Of a stretch of 43,545 bases of DNA, positions 23,901-32,500 are shown piece by piece. Positions within the stretch are counted from its first letter, which is position 1. Every line of letters begins with the position of its first letter. Source of the stretch: Octopus bimaculoides. Taxonomy: Eukaryota. The notes under the pieces are model-generated. The model was not told where the DNA came from, searched no databases, and worked only from the letters and a program-made list of their open reading frames with translations. The DNA lies in contig NC_068997.1 in the NCBI RefSeq assembly GCF_001194135.2, forward strand, positions 46,070,019-46,113,563, read 5' to 3'. The position numbers were made by a program, and so were the translations under genes.

Positions 23901-25855
23901 AGTGGAGTTGGTAAATAAAAACTGAAACAAGCCCATCATACATACACATTTGTGTATACTACAATCTGTCAAGAAGCACACAGTTTCTGTTTATCAGATT
24001 CGTTTACAAAGCATTGGACAGCCTGGGGTTCTAGTAGAGGACACTGGCCAAATATGCCATGTAAGAAGGCTGAACCTGAATCCACATGTCGCAAAGTAAG
24101 CCTCTTAATCACACAATAGATTTTTGTTTTTCAGCCAGAGTAACACCTCCGAAAAATAGTATACTAAACAGTGACAAGTGGAAAATACATAGAAGACAAT
24201 AAATTATCTATAAAAATATGACAAAATTCACCAACCTCATCCATGTTGTCTGTATAAGTTTGTTTTCTGGAAATAAAAAAATAATTCAACATCAGAACAG
24301 TAATTTCAGTGGATTAAAAACACTACATTACATAATACTGTTACGCACATCTAACAAGTTTAAAATTCAGTTTCACACACCTGAATACGAGAACATTGTA
24401 TTACATATTAACTAGTTAAAAAAGCACGAAACAAAGTTGCTGTTTTATATCCAATTGTCACATTAACAATGGCAGAAAGGGTTTTAATGCACTTCTTGTT
24501 CATAAAATATATTACTGTCAAATGAGAATGGAACTTGTCAGCTCAGTAGACGGAGACAACACAGTTTGCTAAAGTGAACAACACATTTAATTCATTTAGC
24601 ATCTGAAATAAAATTATCAGGATTGATACATCTCCCAGTGTGACCAGCAACACTCTAGCTAAAATAATCATCATTCATCATTAACTTTTAACAGAACTGG
24701 TTGTTATATGATGATGGGAAATAAACAAAGAGACTCGCAAGCACACAGGATTCCTGAAGGAGTCTGACATTGACCAAACATTCGATTTCCTCGAAGATAT
24801 TAAGTCATCGAAGCACTGGAGAGATGATGAAAATCTACAAGGACTAACTCTGAGAAAGTACAATAACTGAAGTATAAAAAAACCTTGATGGAACTCAACT
24901 GCCTCAAGCTTTTTGTAATAGTTGCTCAAGGTTTGCTATCTTGGATGAAAAGATGAACTTGAAAGCTTGGTCAGTAATTGGGGCTCCAAAAACGGAACCA
25001 CACTGATGAGGGAGGAACCGCAATAGAGGGGAAGGAATCTGTAAATAGGTTAACAGACTGCTGATGTGAAGCTGAATGCAAACCAGAGCTTGCATTTGGA
25101 ACTGTTGATGCTAAGGCCTCCACGAGTTCCTCAATCACCATCCTCACAGTTGCAAGAATCTTGTCAGGAGGGCCCCCAAACAATCATCGTCAAAATACCA
25201 GACATGATCCTACAACGTCTATCTAGCGCGAATGCGCAAAACGTGTATGACGGTTTTTTAAAACAAAGTAAATAATTTTTTTTTAAACTAAATAATTTTT
25301 TTGGCGATCTTTCGATAGATCGCCAATAAACTTTCAAAACTCCCGGTGAAAACAGAAAAATCCAACTTATGTGGGTGAGCTTGTTTCGAAACTCCGCCAT
25401 TACACATCAGTCTTTCGCTTTCCGTTTACAACTGATTCTATATATTCCATTAGATTCCCGTAAATGGTGAGATGGGGCTGATTACCAGTAGATATATAAC
25501 GAAGTAGTACTTAGTAACAAATAATCAGTTATGCTTTTATAAAATATAAACAAGTCATTATAGCGGTTTGTGTTTAAAATGGCTACAATGACTTTCCCCA
25601 CAATGAAACCATAATTTTCTTCTAATATTCCTATGTTAGTTTGACATTTTTACACGATTTTTGAAGATTCACGAAACCCAAACACTATTATATCTATTAT
25701 ATGCTACTATGCCTTTATATCTGTATTATATATAAACACCGTCGCTGATTAACATGTCTCCTACCTTTTTCCACTCCAGTCTTGTCCAGACCTCGTTTTT
25801 CCAGTTCACTGCGAAGATCCACAACCCTGAGATCTGTTAACTTATCACAGACCAG
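10295..25855 (-). CDS. SAFB-like: SAFB-family gene copy B (divergent paralog, or recently inactivated copy)
   Basis: 13 visible exons homologous to A and C with intact GT-AG sites and open frames. Anomalies: net -23 nt at the end of the SAP exon relative to C, and a 1-nt frameshift near the stop. Part of the gene lies in gap 16866-17796. Confidence 0.85.
10731..10930. mobile_element. TTAA/piggyBac-type MITE relic in the last intron of B
   Basis: ttaaccctttagcattcagatt terminus; orthologous relic in A at ~29670-29885. Confidence 0.6.
11037..11170 (-). CDS. SAFB-like: Copy B exon MPSELRRD...RNSF
   Basis: 134 nt (6 nt shorter than A, in frame), ttccag/gtaag. Confidence 0.87.
11416..11610 (-). 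CDS. SAFB-like: Copy B exon YNTDYGRR...EEFN
   Basis: 195 nt (12 nt shorter than A, in frame), ctcag/gtaat. Confidence 0.87.
11978..12008. repeat. (CA)n microsatellite
   Basis: Direct reading. Confidence 0.9.
12062..12208 (-). CDS. SAFB-like: Copy B exon FEEMRYSAKRPHDR...FQDES
   Basis: 147 nt, 36/48 aa identical to A. Confidence 0.87.
12314..12531. mobile_element. TTAA/piggyBac-type MITE
   Basis: TTAA at 12310-12313 and 12532-12535; empty site aacaattaacaaccagg in A near 33793. Confidence 0.75.
13142..13370 (+). mobile_element. tRNA-related SINE
   Basis: ggcggtgagctggcagaatc head; flanked by (ATT)n; related to 31066-31283 and 30200-30405. Confidence 0.65.
13986..14102 (-). CDS. SAFB-like: Copy B coiled-coil exon 2b ([20 protein letters not shown]...SAELL)
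   Basis: 117 nt, phase 2-2, tttcag/gtgag; duplicate of 15821-15946. Confidence 0.8.
14572..15203. mobile_element. Non-autonomous TIR element (MITE) with 8-bp TSD, internal inverted repeat and (TTAGGG)n core
   Basis: TIRs 14573-14599 / 15176-15202; TSD GAGACTTG; perfect 20-bp internal IR 14755-14774 / 15009-15028. Confidence 0.85.
15489..15709. mobile_element. TTAA/piggyBac-type MITE
   Basis: TIR ccctttcgttac / gtaatgaaaggg, TTAA TSDs; empty site in A at 35819-35822. Confidence 0.85.
15737..15786 (-). pseudogene. Duplicated 3' remnant of coiled-coil exon 1 (KLKEEVIRLNKVREKI)
   Basis: Matches the end of A exon 35846-36009 including its gtttg donor. It has a ttgcag acceptor only 34 nt after the upstream donor and is out of frame if included. 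Confidence 0.7.
15821..15946 (-). CDS. SAFB-like: Copy B coiled-coil exon 2a ([23 protein letters not shown]...YAEML)
   Basis: 126 nt, phase 2-2, 35/41 aa identical to A 34804-34929. Confidence 0.8.
17921..18079 (-). mobile_element. 5'-truncated SINE with (CAT)n tail
   Basis: Near-identical reverse complement of ~6020-6175. Confidence 0.8.
18426..18575 (-). CDS. SAFB-like: Copy B RRM exon 2, diverged (VEDCQKVTKYYKRSGRCHAFVTMSTEAEALECIMRLNKTRVNGMRLTVER)
   Basis: Same 150-nt length as A, attag/gtgag, no stops. Confidence 0.88.
18811..18905 (-). CDS. SAFB-like: Copy B RRM exon 1, diverged (NNQTNRNLWICGFPVNISTKGLVSILSKHGK)
   Basis: Same 95-nt length, phases and splice contexts as A 41703-41797. 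Confidence 0.88.
19061..19095 (-). CDS. SAFB-like: Copy B exon SSLVSKPKSPKK
   Basis: 35 nt, ttacag/gtaat, phase 2-1. Confidence 0.8.
20050..20296 (-). CDS. SAFB-like: Copy B exon ENESLILHVDDTQND...DVKSK
   Basis: Open Lys/Asp/Glu-rich frame, gttgg donor. The 5' boundary abuts gap 20299-20398; the AG at 20297-20298 gives the required phase 1 but is unverified. Confidence 0.75.
20399..20900 (+). mobile_element. Tc1/mariner (maT, DD37D-like) transposase 3' remnant
   Basis: HTKFPSSLMVLG...PPCFF and STDMNLQHCYYIWDVIKRET...SRFHGRIETVIVNEGSF. Confidence 0.7.
21060..21400 (-). mobile_element. Second Tc1/mariner-like transposase remnant
   Basis: FWSDETFHVNG...TWAAVHSSSIIGSFLFD resembles the FSDEAHFHLNG...VWxAISxxGIIGPFFF motifs. 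Confidence 0.5.
22210..22432. mobile_element. TTAA-type MITE
   Basis: ccctttagcattcaga...aatgctaaaggcttaa; absent at the homologous position in C (~1970-2000). Confidence 0.6.
22592..22625 (-). CDS. SAFB-like: Copy B 34-nt exon EQSDDALKDTT
   Basis: ttccag/gtatg; same-length homolog in C (2140-2173). Confidence 0.8.
23019..23261 (-). CDS. SAFB-like: Copy B acidic exon KESETSDVALTD...TVLQ
   Basis: 243 nt, phase 0-0, tttcag/gtaat; near-identical to C exon 2501-2737. Confidence 0.85.
25765..25855 (-). CDS. SAFB-like: Copy B exon 1, shortened SAP ([32 protein letters not shown])
   Basis: SAP motif; gtagg donor as in C; 91 nt counted from CTG, ends in phase 1. Confidence 0.8.
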
Positions 25856-26005
25856 GGTATGATTTATTATATATAAGTGACTGACGAGAGTTGTTGATCC
25901 CCTGATATCACGTTGAAGCAAAACTTAAGGACGCAATTAATAGTTTCAATATTTATTTACACAAGTTAGCTCCCCTTCTAGTTGAAACTGCCTCTTTTGT
26001 TGTAG

Positions 26006-26019
26006 CCACCAGATGGCAC
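26006..26019 (+). promoter_or_regulatory. CTCF-consensus motif upstream of copy B
   Basis: CCACCAGATGGCAC, 151 bp upstream of the CTG. Confidence 0.55.
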
Positions 26020-26544
26020 ATTATGACATGACCCTCACATTACTGTGTCTTTGACCTTTATGCTTTATAACAAAATCAATTCTTGCTCATATTTCAGTCA
26101 AGACTCACCTTAGGGAACTCCGCGTTCTTAAATCTTGTATAACATAAGCACGTATCTTCTATTATAGCCTGGGCCAACTAAAGCCGCACCATATGTATCT
26201 GTGTGACGTTTTTTTTCTCTTTTGTTTTTAGTTTTTCTACTCCGGCTTGACAACCGGTGATTTGTTTACGTCCCCTCTAACTTATTGGGTCAGCAAAATT
26301 GCTATACGATAAGCATAAGATTTAAAAAATAGGTACTCGGGTCGATTTGTTCAACTAAACTCTTCAATGTGATGTCCCAGCATGTCTGGAGTAAGTAAAA
26401 GATATAAGTTAGAAAAACTACTCTTGTAAAAATAACTATTTTTAAACACAAAGCGGAGCCTGGCTCGAGTTCAAATCCTTTCCATTCTGGAGCCGACGGG
26501 ACTATGCAGAAGTTATGGGAAGAGACCAGATAGTCTTATTGTTT

Positions 26545-26900
26545 GCCTCATCTAGGACGTGACAGGTAGTGACTCCTTTGTTCATACCCACATAATGGAT
26601 GCTGCGGTAAATGGGAGGGTCACTGCTTCCGTAGCCGAACGGAACAAAATCCTTAAGTATCGGGACTTGTCGGTGAATATCTTATTCCAGCCTGAGGTGT
26701 TTGAGACATTTGGAGGGGCTAGACCGTTAACAACGAAGTTCTTGGTTATCGTTGGCGACTCGCCTTACCGTCGTGATGTTAGGTGATGCCGGTGAGAGTG
26801 CTTGGCTGTTCTGATGACTTAGCTTCGCCATCGCCCGCGCTAATTCCGTGAGTGTGTTGGCTTGCATCAGTAAGTTCCGTTGAACCTTGTAGTGTGCGAC
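26545..26900 (+). mobile_element. 3' end of a CRE-clade-like non-LTR retrotransposon
   Basis: AERNKILKYRDLSVNILFQPEVFETFGG, then frameshifted TRLTVVMLGDAGESAWLF**LSFAIARANSVSVLA. Confidence 0.6.
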
Positions 26901-27479
26901 CAATAGGAGCACCTAGTGTTGAATTGGTGTTTTATACTTTCTTTCTTTCTCGTTTTCTGGCTTTTTTCTTTCTTTGGTTTTGTATTATATATGTAATTAT
27001 ATATAGTGTTATATATGTAATTACTAAATTCAAATCATGATTTTCATGGAATATTTATGAAATAAAAAAGGTTTAGTATATATTTGAAGAGAAATACATG
27101 GATATTAATAAGAATGCTGTAGAGCACATACTCATCACAAAAACTGACTGTTGCTGTGTGATGGAAGAGGTGGGGACCCCAACTTCTCTCTCTCACCCAT
27201 AATATCATCAAGAGCAGCATCTGTTTTAGGGATGAAGAACTTATCCAAAGGTGTTTGCAGTTACAGCACTCCATCTCTTTGTATAGCTAGTGTAGGACTG
27301 GAATCCTTAATGGACTCTTCTTGTAAATTACAAGTTTGCGTAATGTCAAATAAACATGTTTTTAATTTTTCTCAATAATTTAATAAAATAACGAAAGTGT
27401 AAGTTACGAATGGACATGCAGAATTAAGTAGAGAGAAACAAATAACGCCAGGTTTATTCAATATTTTAATGGACCTCCT

Positions 27480-28100
27480 TTAGAATGAGCTGCATCTACT
27501 CTTATGGGCAGAGATTCCACCAACTTTTGGCACATTTTCCTATTTCATCATCTCTATACCACACTTGAATGAAGGATTGAATGTTTCTACTTGTTTCATT
27601 CGAGACCGTAGTGACTATACGGTTTAAAAAAAATTTTTTTTATATATACTCCAGTGGTTTTCGATGGGCTTTAAATTTGGTTAAGATGGAGGTCAAAGAT
27701 GCAGTGTTACATCATGTTGACAAAGGGAATCCATTGAATGCTTGCCAACAGGAATTGGGGCGTTATCTTGCTGAAAAATGCTGCCACAGTTTGGAAATTA
27801 GTCGATGCTGTCTTTTATGCAATGCTCACAATGAAGTTTTCCTTCAATAACATGACTACATCCAGTTCCCCCATAGAAAAATAAAAGCCCAGATCATTAT
27901 TGCGCTGGATGTTTTAGCGTTTTTAAGAAATGGTCCTGTGTTAGAGAATGACCATCTACTAATCAAACAAAATTTGGGCAATCATCTATAATCTGAATCA
28001 TTGTCTCGTCGCCAAAAATGACCGTTTTCCGGTGTTTAAGTACTCTGTCATAGTGTATGGATATCTTACTTATTAAGAAGTAGATAGTTTAGCAGCTTTA
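27480..28100 (-). mobile_element. Tc1-like transposase remnant
   Basis: Reverse strand FQQDNAPI...PPS*PNLKPIENHWS. Confidence 0.7.
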
Positions 28101-28202
28101 AAGCACAGGCGCCTGCTGTACAATCCGTAAAGAAACATCAGCTTCTTGCCAAAATTGTTTGTATTGATTAATAATATAGAAAGAAATAAAGACATGAGGA
28201 AT

Positions 28203-28574
28203 TGTTGGCACTCCGTCGAGGGTTCCAGTTGATCCGATCAACGGAACAGCCTGCTCGTGAAATTAACGTGCAAGTGGCTGAGCACTCCACAGACATGTGT
28301 ACCCTTAACGTAGTTCTCAGGGGTATTCAGCGTGACACAATGTGACAAGGCTAGACCTTTGAAATACAGGCACAACAGAAACAGGAAGAAAGAGTGAAAG
28401 AAAGTTGTGGTGGAAGAGTACAGCAGGGTTCGGTACCATCCCCTGCCGGCGCCTTGTGGAGCTTTAGGTGTTTTCGCTCAATAAACACTCACAACGCCCG
28501 GTCTGGGAATCGAAACCACGATCCTGTGACCGCTAGTCCGCTACCCTAACCACTGGGCCATTGCGCCTCCACTG
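28203..28574 (-). mobile_element. Full-length tRNA-derived SINE with 13-bp TSD
   Basis: TSD AGACATGAGGAAT at 28190-28202 and 28575-28587; empty homologous site in B near 9869-9880. Confidence 0.9.
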
Positions 28575-28647
28575 AGACATGAGGAATACACACAGAATAA
28601 ATAAAAATAACAAACATAATACTTGGTGTGTTTTATAGTGAATAAAA

Positions 28648-28653
28648 TTTATT
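28648..28653 (-). terminator. Probable poly(A) signal of copy A
   Basis: AATAAA ~500 nt after the stop, followed by U/GU-rich sequence; conserved in B. Confidence 0.5.
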
Positions 28654-28908
28654 TCTCCATATATTAAATTCTATGTGGTCTCTCTCACTTCTTTATTACA
28701 TTCTGTGGTTGCTCTTCTTCCCCTCTCCCCCCACTTTCATGAATACAATATATCTGGGCTCCGACCCCTCCTTTTTCATTAATATATTCAACTGTGGGAA
28801 GTGTGTGTCGGGAATAACAGTAATAAAATATAGCAACAAATATGAAGGAAATAAATATATTAAGACAGTAATGTTGGAGTAGAGTGAAGATAGGGAGAAG
28901 GCAGTACG

Positions 28909-28909
<1 letters not shown>

Positions 28910-28941
<32 letters not shown>

Positions 28942-28962
28942 GTGTGTGTGTCTGTGTGTGTG
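28910..28962. repeat. (TA)n(TG)n microsatellite in the 3' UTR of A
   Basis: Shorter homolog in the B 3' UTR at ~10005-10040. Confidence 0.85.
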
Positions 28963-29154
28963 CATGCGTTAAAATATGGAAGGGCAGAAATATGATTGGA
29001 TGTCCAAGAACCAAGCACTACGTGACAAATGGAATGCAGGATGTGGATGATATATTGGCTGGGGGGCAGGGTTTTATTATCTGTCTGAGACACCCTCAGC
29101 CCCTCCAAATCAAACACTTCAACATGACTCAGACCTCAGTCCTCAATTTGGATT

Positions 29155-29528
29155 TCACATAGATCCCATAATATTATAAGCATCAAAACGAGGCTCTTGC
29201 ATACGTCCACTCATATTACTACCACCACCACCACCACCGCCACTGCCACCACTACTACCACCACCATGTGTAACCATCATGATCCTACTGTGTGACTGAG
29301 TGTTGCCAAACATATTACCAGGTCCCATGTTCTGTCCCATCCCCCCACTGTTACCAGGTCTACTATTGTCAACAAATGCCCCACTGGCATCACGCCCCGT
29401 TTTGTCCATGGGGTTACTAAGCCACGGTTCGTTGGATTGGTCCATGTCTCCATGCATGTGGGACCAGTTGTCCACTTTCCTATCAACACTGCCAGAACCC
29501 CAAGGAGGTCTCTGGTCAGGTCCACCAC
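29155..29528 (-). CDS. SAFB: Copy A terminal coding exon, Gly-rich tail ending [11 protein letters not shown]
   Basis: ttctag acceptor, TGA at 29155-29157. Confidence 0.9.
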
Positions 29529-32500
29529 CTAGAAGGAAGAAAACATAGAAAATGTATTAATAAATACACGAATATGAAAAATAAAGCGTGAAAGGAATTG
29601 ATGTCAAAATAAAATGAAGAGAATATTGATGAAAAGAAAAGACAAAAGAGATATGGAGAAGAACAGGGCTTAATCCTTTAGCATTCAGATTACTCTGTTG
29701 AAAGTAATGTTTTTTCATTCACATTGTTTTGAATTAGTCATGCATTATCTTATAGCTTCAAGATTTTAATGAAGTGATTGTTTATTTTGAGAATGACACT
29801 GTAGGGGAGGTATGAGAGGTCAGATCTTGTATAGAAAACAGGTAAAATATTTGGTCTCAATGCAGCAAGTTTAAATCTTAAAGTGTTAAAGGAGGAAAAT
29901 GGGAGAGGGGCAGTAAGAGAAAGGTGGAGGAAGGGTGTGAAATTGTATTCACAAGGCATGACTGTAGAGTAACAAGCTTGATTCTCAGCCACATGGACCT
30001 GGGTACAGTCCCACCGGGTGGCACCTTGGGCAAGTGTGTTCTACTATTGCCTCAAGCTGACCAATGCCCTGTGGGTAGATATGGCAGAGAAAAACTGAAA
30101 GACCATCAACCGTATGTGTGTCTTTGTCTCCCACTAGCATTTGACAACCAGTGTTGGTGTGTTCACATCCCTGTAATTCAATGGTTTGGCAAATTTCAAA
30201 TTTTGACACAGGGGCAGCAAAATTAGAAGTGGGAGTAAATCGATTATATCAACCCTAGTGCTTAACTGATACTTATTTTATTGGCCCTGAAAGAATGGAA
30301 GTCAAACTCAACTTCAGTGGAATGTGAACTCAGAACATCAAAATAGACTAAATAACATTAATGAATTTTGCTCAGCCTTCTAACAATTCTGTCAGCTCAG
30401 TGCCTAAGTGAGAGATAAATATTACCTTTTGGTATTAATACCACTTCTGTTGCTCTTTATTATTTTTTGCTAATCCCACTGGCTATTTGCAAGGGAGAAT
30501 TTGACTGCTATGTCTAGCTGGACGTCTGCCATTGAGAAGCTCAAGGAAGAGCAACATCATGTGACCTGACAGTTGCAGCAGATGCATTGGAAGATTATTA
30601 CCTGCCAGTGATATAAACATGGGTGCCTATATGAGAGGTCCTCATTTGAAAGAATAATTACTAGGCAGGGAAAAGAGTACTGCATTAATATTCCTGATGG
30701 CAGTGCCATGGCATCTGCAGTCTAATGATTGGAATAAGGAAGATAAAAGAAGGGGAGAGAGAACCCAACAAAATAACAAGGGGAAACTTACCAACAGAAT
30801 TTCTCACCCTGCCCAATCTATCGTGAGCTGATAAATTTCGTCGATCATTATCACGTCCTCGATCGGGACCAACATATCTTCGATCAGGCTCTCCATTTGG
30901 TCCCATATCTCTTCTTAATTCAAAGGGCATCCTGGAAGTAAAAAAAAAAAATCAGATACAAAATTAGCAAATTACTTTGTAACATTGGCGTTTAAAACTT
31001 TGTGTAAGGGACAATGTATACAGGCTGATCAATCAATCAACATTCACCTCAGGTGGTGCTATTATTTTTTTATTTCTTTATTTCTTATTTCTTTACTGCC
31101 CACAAGGGGCTATACACAGAGGAGACAAACAAGGACAGACAAACGGATTAAGTCGATCATATCGACCCCAGTGCATAACTGGTACTTATTTAATCGACCT
31201 CGAAAGGATGAAAGGCAAAGTCGACCTCGGCGGAATTTGAACTCAGAACGTAGCGGCAGACGAAATACCGCTAAGCATTTCGCCAGGTGGTGCTATTATG
31301 TTAGATCAATCACTGGTCGAAACATATCTCAGTTTATAAAAGATTGTTTACACCAACACTGACCCAAAACTTATCTACACAAACTCTCACTGATATGAAA
31401 GATGATGTTTATAACAGCCATACAGCAGCTAGTGTGTAGATCAATACCAACCAATAGAACAGTATAAAATCAAAACTAAAAAAGTTATGTTTAAAAACAC
31501 AAATTACCTGTTGAGTTTTTCATCTGTTCGAGAACGATCTTCAGCTCGTCTTTCATCTCTGACTCGAATATCTCGGAAAGGACCCATTTCCCTTCTCATC
31601 ATTTCTCTTTCTTTACGTTCATCATAGCGGCTTCCACCTTCTAAAGCTCTGCTGTCCCTTCTATCGTAATGTTCAACTCGTCTTCCGTAATCAGTATTCT
31701 CATATTCATTATAGCTGAGAGAGAAAAAAACCCCAGATGAAATGAGATATATAATTGTGTGTATACATGTATATATATATAATGAAATATGACAACTTTT
31801 ACATTAATGATGCTTATTGAGGCAGAAACATGTTCACTCGTTTGCAGAGAAAACAGACGGCTTTTTCCTTGGTTCTTGAAATTGTATTTCCTCCTCAATC
31901 AGAGTCAGTAGTAATCACCAGCAGGTTTTTGTTTACCTTCTCTCAAAGCTACGATAATTTCTATGAATCAGAATTGATCTTGTGTGATATTTAGTATACC
32001 TTTATTCAATTTGCAGTCACTGACCACTGAGTCAAGATATACACAAACACACTTCACATTAACAAACCTATTCTACACCCTGATCGTACTTTAACCTCTT
32101 ATCACTTAGCATACAGCTGCCTCCGTCCTTACTGTAGTCACACTCCACTGAACAGAAAAAAAAAACCTAGTTCTAAGAAAGCATACTAAAACAGATACAG
32201 GAGCATGATGCAGTCCTTCATCCCATCAGATCATGTCACACCATCGATGTCGGTGTGGAAGATGGATATTAAAAGATTATTACCCTCATCACTGATCAAG
32301 ATAATATTTTAAAGAACTCAATGCAAATACAGATGTGATATTTTAGTAACCAAATAACTGAAGCTTGCGTACCTGTGAGGTCAAGAAGCTTGCTTTCCAA
32401 CGATGTGGTTTTGGGTTCAGTCCCAAAGCACGACACATAGGACAAGTGTCTTCTGCCATTAACCCGGGCACACCAATGCCTTGTGAGTGGATTTGGTAGA

